Made by a program: the position numbers and the translations under genes
Virus record (IMG/VR): IMGVR_UViG_3300028025_003339
Span: 1-60,471 of that record
DNA length: 60,471 nucleotides
Source of the DNA: a virus
Taxonomy: Duplodnaviria; Caudoviricetes
Strand: one strand, 5' to 3'
The notes under the pieces: generated by a model
Told to the model about the DNA's origin: nothing
Seen by the model: the letters and a program-made list of their open reading frames with translations, nothing else
Database searches by the model: none
Shown here: piece by piece, positions 19,734 to 29,426 of the stretch
How the letters are laid out: every line of letters starts with the position of its first letter
Position numbering within the stretch: the first letter of the stretch is position 1

Positions 19734-20459
19734 TTAAATTGTTCCTGAGTCAACAAATATATTTTGACCGGTAATTGAACTTGCGGAGTCTGACGTTAAA
19801 AATGAAATTGTTTTAATAACAGATTTTATTTCCGTAGATTGTTTTAATGATGTTCTATTATAGATTTTATTTTTTTGTTCTTCGGTAAGTGATTTACTCA
19901 TTTCAGTTTCCATAAAACCGGCAACCACACAATTTGAACGAATACCTTTAACGCCCCATTCTCTTGATGTGTTCTTCGAAAAAGCTTCTAGTGAACCTTT
20001 TGTCGATGCGTACATAGATAGTCCCTTATAACCCGTGTGAACACTTATACTTGATATGTGTACGATTGAACCTTTAGTCTTATTAAGGATGAAATTTCTA
20101 ATTGCACACTTAGTTAACATTATCGGAGCAAACACATTAACCTTATACATCTGTTCGAGTTTTTGTGGATTGGCGTTCGTGATAATATCGTCGTAAGCAA
20201 TTGCAGCGTTATTAACAAATGAATCTAGTTTTACTTTATTGGTTACCAAGTAGTCATTTATTTCTTTAGTCAGATCTTCGTATGTTTCTAAGTCACCTAA
20301 AAAATGATGGAACGTTTCTGGATACTTTGAAGATAACTCATTTAATTCATCACTCTTAGTTCTACTAATACCATAAACGAAATTACCACACTCTAATTGG
20401 TCTTTTGTAAACTCCAAACCAACCCCTCTTGAAACTCCAGTAACTAATAACTTTTTCAT
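19734..20459 (-). CDS. Short-chain dehydrogenase/reductase (FabG-like)
   Basis: TGVSRGVG, NNAA, YASTK, ITGQNIFVD. Confidence 0.9.
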   Translation of the reverse strand: MKKLLVTGVSRGVGLEFTKDQLECGNFVYGISRTKSDELNELSSKYPETFHHFLGDLETYEDLTKEINDYLVTNKVKLDSFVNNAAIAYDDIITNANPQKLEQMYKVNVFAPIMLTKCAIRNFILNKTKGSIVHISSISVHTGYKGLSMYASTKGSLEAFSKNTSREWGVKGIRSNCVVAGFMETEMSKSLTEEQKNKIYNRTSLKQSTEIKSVIKTISFLTSDSASSITGQNIFVDSGTI

Positions 20460-21487
20460 TTTCTAATAATTTTACCTGTAGTGTTGGTTTCTAACTTATC
20501 GACTAAATTTATTTTCATCGGAACTTCATATGAATTTAAAATACTCTTTAAGTCCATCTTAATTTCCTTTATTGTTTTATCATGTTTTAAGACAATATCC
20601 GTTGATACTATATGACCCATCAATGAATTTTTAACACCATAAACATATGAACTATTAACATAATCCAATTTATTTATTTTGTTCTCAACCTTAATAGGGT
20701 TTACCTTTACTCCACCCACATTTATCATATTGGACTCTCGACCAATAATCTTAAAGTGAACATCATCAACCCATTCAACCTTATCTCCTGTATAGTACCA
20801 TTCATCATTAATATTCTGTAAAACTATTGAATGATGAACAACGATTTCGTCATTTATTATCTTAACAAAAGTACTATTTTTTTCTGTAATTTTAAAGTAT
20901 TCGTTGTTTGAAGAAAACAATGTGCCGAATTCCGTTGAAGCGTATATATTGGTTATTTTACAATTAGGGAAAGATATCCTCAATTTGTTGAATAACTCCT
21001 CATCCGATGGTTCACCACCTAAAGTTAATTGAACAACCCTTTCGAATTTAACACCACCATCCATTAATAACCTATAAAAGGTAGGTGTACCTGATATGTG
21101 AGTTATGGTATTGAACCCCTCAGTAATCTCTTTTTTAGATTTACCAAATAGATTGACAATGGTAGCATTATTAAGATAGGATTGTAATATAACTTGAGAG
21201 CCTGCTATTTTATTAAAATCATAACTCAACCCCCAAATACAATCTTTTAATTTATCATCAACCTTAATATTTCTAGTTAACGAATGGTATGTGTGATTTA
21301 TTTTTTTAGGTTCACCTGTCGTACCAGAAGTTTCAAACTCGATTTCGTTATCCCTAAATGATTTTATAAATGATAATATACCCAACTCAACATTAGATAA
21401 TTCAATGTCTAGTTTTTCGTTATTTAAGTAACGATCTAAATCGGAATATTTTATCACATTCCTATCTATTAGGAATGTTTTATCCAT
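20456..21487 (-). CDS. AMP-forming acyl-CoA/ACP ligase (short ANL family)
   Basis: TSGTTGEPK, YASTE, YTGD, GRESNMINVGG, TGKI. Confidence 0.85.
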   Translation of the reverse strand: MDKTFLIDRNVIKYSDLDRYLNNEKLDIELSNVELGILSFIKSFRDNEIEFETSGTTGEPKKINHTYHSLTRNIKVDDKLKDCIWGLSYDFNKIAGSQVILQSYLNNATIVNLFGKSKKEITEGFNTITHISGTPTFYRLLMDGGVKFERVVQLTLGGEPSDEELFNKLRISFPNCKITNIYASTEFGTLFSSNNEYFKITEKNSTFVKIINDEIVVHHSIVLQNINDEWYYTGDKVEWVDDVHFKIIGRESNMINVGGVKVNPIKVENKINKLDYVNSSYVYGVKNSLMGHIVSTDIVLKHDKTIKEIKMDLKSILNSYEVPMKINLVDKLETNTTGKIIRK

Positions 21488-21704
21488 TAATTTTCTCAGT
21501 TATTTCTGAAACCTTGGTTATTAACCCATCACTAAAAATGTCCACACCATACTCACTCTCAATCTCAACTGTTAGTTCCGCTAACATTAAACTATCAAAA
21601 CCAATATCATCCCTAAGGTTTGCATTGTTATCGATATTTGATATTTCATCAAGTCCATTACCTGATAAGACTTCATTAATTATTTCTAATAAACTCCTCT
21701 TCAT
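21480..21704 (-). CDS. Acyl carrier protein
   Basis: 74 aa, acidic, GFDSL phosphopantetheine site. Confidence 0.85.
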   Translation of the reverse strand: MKRSLLEIINEVLSGNGLDEISNIDNNANLRDDIGFDSLMLAELTVEIESEYGVDIFSDGLITKVSEITEKING

Positions 21705-22233
21705 ATTTTAAAAATTTTTTTAAACGATTACCTACTTTTTTTGATGGATTACCCGAATATACACTAAATTCTTCACAATCTTTTGTGATTAAACTTTGAG
21801 CGTAAATGGAAACACCAGTTTCAATTGTGACATTTGGTAAAATTACACAACCACATCCAATGATACTATGTTTTTTAATGTGAACAATTCCATTAGTTAC
21901 TTTCTTATATTTGTTTGGTATCATCGGGTTTGTCATTGACATCCCCGTATAGTCATCGCTACTACTATAAATTGAAACCCTTCCCGATATCCCAACAAAA
22001 TCTTCTAATATCATTTCACCTTTCCCAATCAATGAAGCATAACAACCGATGTGTACGTAGTTACCTATCTTTAATGATGTTCCTGGAGACAGAATTGCAA
22101 AATCATCAATCCTCACATTATTCCCTATCTCAATTAAATGAGCAGAATAGATGGACACCTTATCGGATATCAATACATTTTCCCCAAAATGTTTTAATCC
22201 TAAATTTTCTAATTGTTCTTTAGTTAGATACAT
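21676..22233 (-). CDS. Left-handed beta-helix acyl/acetyltransferase (VioB-like)
   Basis: Hexapeptide repeats, SSSDDY, GNPSK. Confidence 0.85.
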   Translation of the reverse strand: MYLTKEQLENLGLKHFGENVLISDKVSIYSAHLIEIGNNVRIDDFAILSPGTSLKIGNYVHIGCYASLIGKGEMILEDFVGISGRVSIYSSSDDYTGMSMTNPMIPNKYKKVTNGIVHIKKHSIIGCGCVILPNVTIETGVSIYAQSLITKDCEEFSVYSGNPSKKVGNRLKKFLKYEEEFIRNN

Positions 22234-22236
22234 AAA

Positions 22237-22950
22237 TTACGCTTCGAAATTATGACTACTAACCAATCCACCGTCATAATTACCTTTATATTTTAAAACA
22301 AAATTATCATATACTACACCCATATAACTTAATATAATGTTACCCTGTATGTGTTTGGTATATTCCTCATAAAGATGTTTGGACATCTCATCGTACATTG
22401 GATGGTGAGTGTTCCAACCAAAATACTTTGCAGAACAAACACCGATTGAATTAACATCTACACCTAAATTACTAAAAATTTTTACATATTCGTCTTTGGA
22501 ATTTCTTATACTTTCGTATGAATATTCCCACCTTGGTTGAGATGATGCCAAATATTCAGATACGATGTTATTCCGATCACCATCATACCAGTCAGTCGTT
22601 GTGAATAAACATTTATCGTCAGTACATTTGTTTACAAATTTAACATAATCTTTCCAAAGAGTTATAACATTTGAATCACAAATAAAAATATTTTTAAACT
22701 CAGATAACTTTGGTATGAACTTAAGTGGAAAACAATTAATTTCGGATATTATTAATCTTCTTTCTCTTAAGTCAGTTACATTAACATAATCTGTAATGAC
22801 ACTAACCATATCCCAACCCATATCCAATAAAGGTTTTTCATACTCTTTGTTGTCAGTAACATAAATTGTCTTCATGTTATCCGGTAAGTTTTTTGGTGGC
22901 GGATTTAATTGTTCATACCCCCAAAAATGTTTTGTTAAATAGATGTTCAT
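22237..22950 (-). CDS. Hypothetical, possibly GT-A-like protein
   Basis: YVTDN, ICDSN; located in the glycosylation cluster. Confidence 0.55.
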   Translation of the reverse strand: MNIYLTKHFWGYEQLNPPPKNLPDNMKTIYVTDNKEYEKPLLDMGWDMVSVITDYVNVTDLRERRLIISEINCFPLKFIPKLSEFKNIFICDSNVITLWKDYVKFVNKCTDDKCLFTTTDWYDGDRNNIVSEYLASSQPRWEYSYESIRNSKDEYVKIFSNLGVDVNSIGVCSAKYFGWNTHHPMYDEMSKHLYEEYTKHIQGNIILSYMGVVYDNFVLKYKGNYDGGLVSSHNFEA

Positions 22951-23591
22951 TGTTTGTATATTTCAAATTTACTCAAATCAGGATATGGTAATTCTAAATC
23001 CATGTTATGTTTTTTAGTACCATCTATGTTGTAGAACTGGTTCATTAACAACATACCCCTCGCGGCTAATTCAGGCATCATATAAAAATTCCAACCTAAC
23101 ATATCTAAGTTATCATCATGGTACGAACATTCTCTTCTACCACTATATCTTGCTCTCTTAAACCAAAGATAAGCCTCGTGACTATCTGTTAGTATAGCAC
23201 CACCTTTACTCAGTTTAAAATGTTTATAAGGACCCGTAAAGGATACACACATATGCGTTCCTTGTTCGTACATATCTGCAGTGAATCTTAATGCACTATC
23301 CCAAACATTACTTCCTTTTAAATTATATGCACCCTTAATTGTTTTCCCCTCCACAGGTTCAAAGTTCACCTTTAACCCTGCGTGAATAATTTCACAAGGT
23401 ACAGATGGGTAAGTTCTACATGGTATTGAAATGGATTTAGATGTTATTGTTTTTGTAATGTTCTTTTCATAATAAAGAGCTAAAAATAAAGCGTTGCTCA
23501 TGTTATCTAAAGTAACCACATATTTGGCACCAGTATAGTCTGATAATGCCTTTTCGAAATCCTCCGTTATTTTGTATATTCCGTTTGCCAT
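22947..23591 (-). CDS. Short DegT/DnrJ-type PLP aminotransferase
   Basis: FEKAL..YTGAKY, WDSA, SF..YKH..KGGAILTD, GWNFYM. Confidence 0.8.
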   Translation of the reverse strand: MANGIYKITEDFEKALSDYTGAKYVVTLDNMSNALFLALYYEKNITKTITSKSISIPCRTYPSVPCEIIHAGLKVNFEPVEGKTIKGAYNLKGSNVWDSALRFTADMYEQGTHMCVSFTGPYKHFKLSKGGAILTDSHEAYLWFKRARYSGRRECSYHDDNLDMLGWNFYMMPELAARGMLLMNQFYNIDGTKKHNMDLELPYPDLSKFEIYKQ

Positions 23592-23596
23592 TGATA

Positions 23597-24217
23597 TTAA
23601 ATTGAACTATAAAATTTATTTTGTTTCTCCTGTTTGTTAATTGTTTTGTGATGTTGGATACAATATTCCTCATCTAATGGAAATGATGAAAATTTCTGAC
23701 CACCTATGATTCTTTCGTGTACCTTACCATACCAACCCATACCTTTACGATATATTCTTCCTTGTGCATCTGGAAAGTTGATGTATCCCTTTTCGTTAAC
23801 CACCCATCCCCATTTTTTAATGTGTTCTTCGGTTATATCTTGTACCGTATTAATTCTAGGAACAAATATTAAATCAACATCTTTATTCATTTCTAAAATA
23901 GTGTGAATATTTTGTACCATATATTCACTTATCATTTCATCGGCATCTATTTGATAAATGTAGTCACCGGTACAATATCCATTCAATATGTTTTTCCAAT
24001 CCGCAAAGTTATCATTCCAATCAAAACATCTCCATGTTTGAACGTTAGGTAATTTATTGTATGGTAATAAGAATTCTAAAACTTCTTTGTTACCATTCTT
24101 TTCATCATAGAGAACTACTATCTCGTCTATGGGTCTCTTGAGTTTCAATAAGAATGGAACCAGAGTCTTTATCTCCTCCAATTCGTTGCAAACTGTTATT
24201 GCGTAACTTATCTTCAT
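23597..24217 (-). CDS. Glycosyltransferase family 2
   Basis: ISYAITVCNE, QIDADE, VHERI. Confidence 0.8.
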   Translation of the reverse strand: MKISYAITVCNELEEIKTLVPFLLKLKRPIDEIVVLYDEKNGNKEVLEFLLPYNKLPNVQTWRCFDWNDNFADWKNILNGYCTGDYIYQIDADEMISEYMVQNIHTILEMNKDVDLIFVPRINTVQDITEEHIKKWGWVVNEKGYINFPDAQGRIYRKGMGWYGKVHERIIGGQKFSSFPLDEEYCIQHHKTINKQEKQNKFYSSI

Positions 24218-24304
24218 ATTTTTGTTTATTTTCATTTAACGTTAATTCCTCACATTTCCAACACCACTCTCTATCGTCCGTGTCCCAACTATGTCTTTCA
24301 CATC

Positions 24305-24571
24305 TCATGCTACATTATCTCCTATTCTTAACCAATGGTTTAAATAATCAATACCATGATTACTACCACCATTTATTCTTCTTGTTAGTTCTTGAATAAT
24401 ATTATTATCAATTTCTCTAGATATTTCCTCTGACATCATATCAATACTATGGTATGAATTTAGTTGTTCAATAGGTTCAGGCTGCCAATGAGCACGTAAT
24501 CTCCTGACCATACCTTGAATCTCATTAGATTTAATAGTTATCCCATGAAAAAATTTAAATTCTCTAACCAT
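24305..24571 (-). CDS. Small protein resembling a fragment of T4 gp23-like major capsid protein
   Basis: RRLRAHWQPE..EQLNSYHSID..MSEEISREIDNNIIQEL. Confidence 0.6.
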   Translation of the reverse strand: MVREFKFFHGITIKSNEIQGMVRRLRAHWQPEPIEQLNSYHSIDMMSEEISREIDNNIIQELTRRINGGSNHGIDYLNHWLRIGDNVA

Positions 24572-24824
24572 TTTGTCTCTCCCTTGCAAATAATTTAAAT
24601 ACGTTATCGTTATCTGTGAATGACATTTCAGAACTACTAGTTGGACTTAAATGTATACTACATTCGTTAGGACCAGTGGCAAATACAACCGGTTCATTGT
24701 TCCCGAACTGAAAACAAAATTCAACATCCTCAGGAATAAATGATTGTCGTGTTAATGTTAATATTTGTGTTGGTTCCAATTCCAAAAACAAATTAGTTTT
24801 TCCTTGAAAAAATTTAAATCCCAT
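24564..24824 (-). CDS. Hypothetical protein
   Basis: 86 aa; shares an N-terminal FKFFxG motif with its neighbour. Confidence 0.6.
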   Translation of the reverse strand: MGFKFFQGKTNLFLELEPTQILTLTRQSFIPEDVEFCFQFGNNEPVVFATGPNECSIHLSPTSSSEMSFTDNDNVFKLFARERQNG

Positions 24825-24828
24825 AACT

Positions 24829-26076
24829 TTATTTAATTTTAGTAAGTTTAGGTAGTATAAGTTTCTTTTCCTTCGGTATGGATGAGAATGGTGATATGAT
24901 ATCCTTAAACTTATCTTTCATTTTCTCCATTGAGAACTTTTCTAAATTCTCCTCCTTTAATATTTTAGACTTCTCTAAAAATTTATCATAATCTTTGTAG
25001 ACTAATTTAAAAACCTCAACAACCTCATTATAGTTTGCAGTAAACCACTTTGAATCTTTAAGAATAAAAGTGTCGACAGCACTTTCATGAACATCAGTCA
25101 ACCTACCACCAATCATTATTGCTTTATCCATTGGTAAGAAATCCTTATGTCCTGACCAGTTAGAAGCAATAACTGGTTTACCTGTCATGCTAAACTCTAA
25201 TAATGGTCTACCAAATCCCTCACCTTTTGTGATGGACACCATTGATTTAATCTTAGGGTGGTTATATAAATTATTCATCTCATCATTAGATAAATCACCG
25301 AATAACAAATAGATAGATGGAGGATTTTTTACACCCTTAACTAACTCCTCAATTCTTTTTCTAAAATTTTCTCTTTCTTTAATAGAGAACGATGCTGATG
25401 ATGTTTTCAATACAAGACCTGGTCTATCTTCGGTATCTTTAAATGCTTCAGCAAAACATTTAATTAACATACCGACATCTTTTCTATCTTGACCGGTGTC
25501 ACCCTTCAACCAATGACCAACAAACAAATATGCAAAATCTTCTTTAATATCGATATCGATGTTATCATATTTATCATTGAATATTTGTGGGTCAACACCT
25601 TCAAATAAAACTTCTATTGGTGTAGTTATCTTATATTGTTTAATTAACTTACCAGTATTTTTTTCATTCTCATTATAAACTGTTTGTAATAAAACATCTT
25701 TTGAAAATGACGATGTTGTTATAACCAAATCCATTCTATTACATCCGTCCACCCATTCTTTAGGTGCAACCGTTGTTTCAATACCTGCAGTAATTCCAAT
25801 ATTAAACTTACCAACTTTTTGGAATTCGTTTGGAACCGTAACCTGAACATAGATGTCTGGTGTTTGATTTAAACTTGTAATGATATTGGACTCAATCCAT
25901 TTATGAAAAAAATTATCCTCTAATGCAGTTGTTGGAGTACTTCCCCAAGAACAACTATCAATCTTAATATCAAACAAGTCCATTTCATACAATGTTTGTA
26001 ATAAATCTCTTGAGTGGGCACCATACCCACTTCTTGTTTTCACTGGTCCTCTAAATAATAAAAACGGTCTACTCAT
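24829..26076 (-). CDS. Glycosyltransferase family 4
   Basis: RSGYG, RKD, EGFGRPLLE. Confidence 0.85.
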   Translation of the reverse strand: MSRPFLLFRGPVKTRSGYGAHSRDLLQTLYEMDLFDIKIDSCSWGSTPTTALEDNFFHKWIESNIITSLNQTPDIYVQVTVPNEFQKVGKFNIGITAGIETTVAPKEWVDGCNRMDLVITTSSFSKDVLLQTVYNENEKNTGKLIKQYKITTPIEVLFEGVDPQIFNDKYDNIDIDIKEDFAYLFVGHWLKGDTGQDRKDVGMLIKCFAEAFKDTEDRPGLVLKTSSASFSIKERENFRKRIEELVKGVKNPPSIYLLFGDLSNDEMNNLYNHPKIKSMVSITKGEGFGRPLLEFSMTGKPVIASNWSGHKDFLPMDKAIMIGGRLTDVHESAVDTFILKDSKWFTANYNEVVEVFKLVYKDYDKFLEKSKILKEENLEKFSMEKMKDKFKDIISPFSSIPKEKKLILPKLTKIK

Positions 26077-26077
26077 A

Positions 26078-27439
26078 TTATATAATCTTGTATAAATTAA
26101 ACTTATCTTTTGGTTTAAAATTTTCTAAGGTTTGTTCAATACCCTCAATCATCTTATCACACATTATTTTATTTGATAGATTGTTTAACATAAACTCTCT
26201 ACCTTTTAATCCTTTTTCTTTTCTTTTCTTTTTACCCAACTTATATATTTTCATAATCGAATTTGCAACATCGTTGTCGTTAACTCTGTCATCAAATATG
26301 TAAGGTGTTGGTACTGAACCATTTAAATTAATTGCTGACGACCATACCGGTTCAACCCATTCTCCATGTAATGTAGAACCATGTGTTCTTTTATCGTGTA
26401 ATGAACCAAATGTAATGTAGTTTTCTGCGGTATAATCAAATCCACATTGGTCTTGTAAACCACCCGTAACATTAACAATAATTGGTACACCCGCCATTAA
26501 ACTTTCGGCAGTCGTTAACCCGAATCCTTCATTGTTTGCAATGTTAATTGTGCAATCAACACCATTATAAATCTCATTTAATTTATCCTGTTCTAATTTT
26601 AAGTTAGTAAACTTAACATCATAATCTTTACAAATGGCATCAACTACTGCAGGTAAGTCCGTACCATTCTCATCGACAGGATTTGTGTGCATTAATAATA
26701 AACATTTCTCAGCCTTTTCTTTTGGTAACATATCACAGAATAATTTAAACGAATAAATTACATCACTCGGTTGTTTCCTTCTAATGTTTCTGTTATTATA
26801 AAATAAAACAAAATCATATTTCTTATCACCATGAATTAAATTATTAACATCATCTGATATTCTGTCTAATGGTTTAAACAAATCTGGATTAATTCCATGA
26901 GGTACGTAACTAATTTGCCAATCTTCTAAAGGTTTAAATGTTACTTTATCTGTCCTTTTACCAACACGATGTACGATACCATATGTTTGTTTAGATATAC
27001 AACCTAACCAATCACAAGATTCATAGAAATCTCTATTATATTGTGGGTCGGGTAAATCATCCCATATGTGATAATATAATATTGGGGTGTGTTGTCTTAT
27101 CTCATGCTCCACATCATATAACCATTGCCAATAGTGTGGATCAGTAAAGTGTAAAATTGCGTCAGGTTTCTCCTCCTCAATTAATTTACGAAGTATACCG
27201 ACATCACCATAACCATTGTATGGTATGATTTTTAAATTAGCATCCTTAACTCCAGTTCTTGCTCTAACATCATCATTGATGTCAACGATTTTTCCATATT
27301 CAGGATGCTTTATAGCTGCACCTAATTGTACCCAATCGTATTTGTGTAATGTACCCAATACAATTTCCTTTGACATTGTGGCAATACCCGATGTCATTCT
27401 TAAATCGTCAGATAATAATAATATTTTCTTCTTCTTCAT
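26078..27439 (-). CDS. Glycosyltransferase family 4
   Basis: PHGI, RNIRRK, NEGFGLTTAES. Confidence 0.85.
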   Translation of the reverse strand: MKKKKILLLSDDLRMTSGIATMSKEIVLGTLHKYDWVQLGAAIKHPEYGKIVDINDDVRARTGVKDANLKIIPYNGYGDVGILRKLIEEEKPDAILHFTDPHYWQWLYDVEHEIRQHTPILYYHIWDDLPDPQYNRDFYESCDWLGCISKQTYGIVHRVGKRTDKVTFKPLEDWQISYVPHGINPDLFKPLDRISDDVNNLIHGDKKYDFVLFYNNRNIRRKQPSDVIYSFKLFCDMLPKEKAEKCLLLMHTNPVDENGTDLPAVVDAICKDYDVKFTNLKLEQDKLNEIYNGVDCTINIANNEGFGLTTAESLMAGVPIIVNVTGGLQDQCGFDYTAENYITFGSLHDKRTHGSTLHGEWVEPVWSSAINLNGSVPTPYIFDDRVNDNDVANSIMKIYKLGKKKRKEKGLKGREFMLNNLSNKIMCDKMIEGIEQTLENFKPKDKFNLYKII

Positions 27440-27440
27440 T

Positions 27441-27638
27441 TTAAAATTTAGATCCTGTCGTTGCCAATCCAACGTGATTGTTTATTGTGTTTCTAAAGTT
27501 TTCATCTTTATTGTATAAATCCATAGAACGATTTACTAATTTTTGTAAATTAATAGACCCCTCGATTGATTTAATTTTAAATTTCTTGTAAACGTCATCT
27601 AATATATTGACGCTTGTTAGTTTTTGTTCTGTTTTCAT
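27441..27638 (-). CDS. Small ribbon-helix-helix-like protein
   Basis: KLTSVNI.DDVYKKFK...LQKLVNRSMDLY. Confidence 0.55.
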   Translation of the reverse strand: MKTEQKLTSVNILDDVYKKFKIKSIEGSINLQKLVNRSMDLYNKDENFRNTINNHVGLATTGSKF

Positions 27639-27719
27639 GTTAATAATATATACACTTATATATATCAAGTATAAAAAAAATATCGGACAAAACGAAATGA
27701 TTCTGCCCGATATTTTTAC

Positions 27720-27881
27720 CTATGCTTGAGGTTCTTCGTTTTCAGACGGGGGAGTTTGGTCAACCTTTACTGAAAATAAATCATCTTGCTGAGAGGTTTG
27801 TGCCGACTCCTCAATTTTAATTGTTAATGGTACCGATTGAATCGGTTGTTCTTCATTTCTTTTTTTACATCCGCATCCCAT
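27720..27881 (-). CDS. Small protein with N-terminal MGCGCKK motif (not in ORF track)
   Basis: 53-aa ORF; TATTTATA on the minus strand at 27896-27903. Confidence 0.6.
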   Translation of the reverse strand: MGCGCKKRNEEQPIQSVPLTIKIEESAQTSQQDDLFSVKVDQTPPSENEEPQA

Positions 27882-27969
27882 AGTTTTGCTTTTTTTATAA
27901 ATATTTTGGTTTATTGGTTTTTATTTCTTAACTTTAGTAAAAATATATAAAAATTAAATCAAAAAAGAA

Positions 27970-28713
27970 ATGGAAAAAGATTTTAAACCCGTAAAAAGTG
28001 TATACAATTCAAATGATGAGGTGATTAAAAACATCATGGAGCTGTACAATATAGAACAATTTGACCTAGATTGCACATACTCAACAGGTAATTTTTGGAA
28101 GAATTTACCTCCACCAAAGATTAAGTCGGACCTTTTTCCAAAAAATGATACCATTATTAAGGCTAGTTCCGAAAGTTTACCATTTGACGATAATTCAATG
28201 AAGAGTGTGATGTACGACCCCCCATTCGTAATTGCAGGTAAATCTTACAAAGATAATAAAGAAGGAAGTTCAATCATAGCAAAAAGATATGAAGGTTATG
28301 AAACTTATGGACATTTAATGAAAAATTATTATAATACCCTAAAGGAATTATATAGAATTACTGAAAAAGACGGAATTGTGGTCTTTAAGTGTCAAGATAC
28401 TGTGTCAGGAGGTAAAAATCATTTTACACATTCAATGGTTATGAATATGGCTATGGAATTTGGGTTTTATCCGAAAGACTTGTTTATCTTGGTGGCAAAC
28501 TTAAGAATTAATAGTTTTGGAACTAAGTGGACAAAACAAGAACATGCACGTAAGTACCATTCATATTTTTGGGTGTTCCAAAAAACTAAACCAAAGGTGA
28601 AATACGATTTCTCAAATATTGAACCTTATTTGGATGAGGTAACTATCGAACAGGATTCTGAGGTGTCCCAAGATACATTGCAACACGATCACCTACTTTC
28701 CAACCCTCTGTAG
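27970..28713 (+). CDS. DNA amino-methyltransferase
   Basis: DCTYSTGNFW, YDPPF catalytic motif. Confidence 0.75.
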   Translation: MEKDFKPVKSVYNSNDEVIKNIMELYNIEQFDLDCTYSTGNFWKNLPPPKIKSDLFPKNDTIIKASSESLPFDDNSMKSVMYDPPFVIAGKSYKDNKEGSSIIAKRYEGYETYGHLMKNYYNTLKELYRITEKDGIVVFKCQDTVSGGKNHFTHSMVMNMAMEFGFYPKDLFILVANLRINSFGTKWTKQEHARKYHSYFWVFQKTKPKVKYDFSNIEPYLDEVTIEQDSEVSQDTLQHDHLLSNPL

Positions 28714-29008
28714 TTCCGGCGGGAAATTCGATGACATGGTCACCAATACCTGTGTATTTCGGTGGGTTCATACGATGTGGGTCAGGTGTGGGACAATTAG
28801 AATGAATTTGATTTATTCTATTGTTGAGAACAAAGACAATATCAAGTGGGATAAGGCAATTCTTCATCCAAAATGAATGATGACCCTTACCCATTTTGAA
28901 TACCATACAACCATCTAATGAATGTCTACCCATCATACCCTTACGGATATCTTCAGGGTTAGATAAGTACTCGGCTTGAAACGTTTTGTTATTAATGTGA
29001 ACTGACAT
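28643..29008 (-). CDS. DUF192 family protein
   Basis: GMMGR..GCMVF, FWMKNCLIPLDIVF. Confidence 0.8.
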   Translation of the reverse strand: MSVHINNKTFQAEYLSNPEDIRKGMMGRHSLDGCMVFKMGKGHHSFWMKNCLIPLDIVFVLNNRINQIHSNCPTPDPHRMNPPKYTGIGDHVIEFPAGTTEGWKVGDRVAMYLGTPQNPVR

Positions 29009-29019
29009 AACTATAATTA

Positions 29020-29051
29020 TTTGGAATTACCAAAAGAATTTTATATATTTG
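29020..29051 (+). promoter_or_regulatory. Bacteroidota sigma70-type promoter
   Basis: TTTG-N20-TATATTTG. Confidence 0.7.
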
Positions 29052-29055
29052 ACAT

Positions 29056-29262
29056 ATGGAAAGAATATTCGGTGGTTTAATTGAATTTGACAATATCGAT
29101 GAGTTTGACCAATTCGTACATGATATTGATAAAGAATCGGCGTTAGCTATAATAGGAAAGGCGTTAGACTTTTGTAATCAAAATAGAATGTTTAACCTAA
29201 TGGAAGCCAATACGTTATATAAATGTTTAACTAAATTAAAAGAAGATGCAAATAAAGATTAA
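29056..29262 (+). CDS. Hypothetical protein
   Basis: ORF directly downstream of the promoter. Confidence 0.6.
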   Translation: MERIFGGLIEFDNIDEFDQFVHDIDKESALAIIGKALDFCNQNRMFNLMEANTLYKCLTKLKEDANKD

Positions 29263-29425
29263 AGAAATTATCTACATCATGATGATATTAACTGGAATCT
29301 TAGTTCAGAAGTACGGGCTTAAGGGAGCTGACCCCGAGTTAGTAAAGTACTTTGGATGGGGTAGTATATCACTCGGTTCATTTAACCTTGTGTTAGATTA
29401 TATTAGAAAACCTAAAAAGAAATAA
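29246..29425 (+). CDS. Small membrane protein (not in ORF track)
   Basis: MQIKIKEIIYIMMILTG...RKPKKK*; fills the gap between genes. Confidence 0.55.
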   Translation: MQIKIKEIIYIMMILTGILVQKYGLKGADPELVKYFGWGSISLGSFNLVLDYIRKPKKK

Positions 29426-29426
29426 T

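Noticed and set aside
24105-24308. Small Cys/His ORF (MRCERH...CWKC)
   Set aside because: It may be real (ATGA coupling), but it overlaps the GT2 gene by more than 100 nt, so it is not supportable as a feature.
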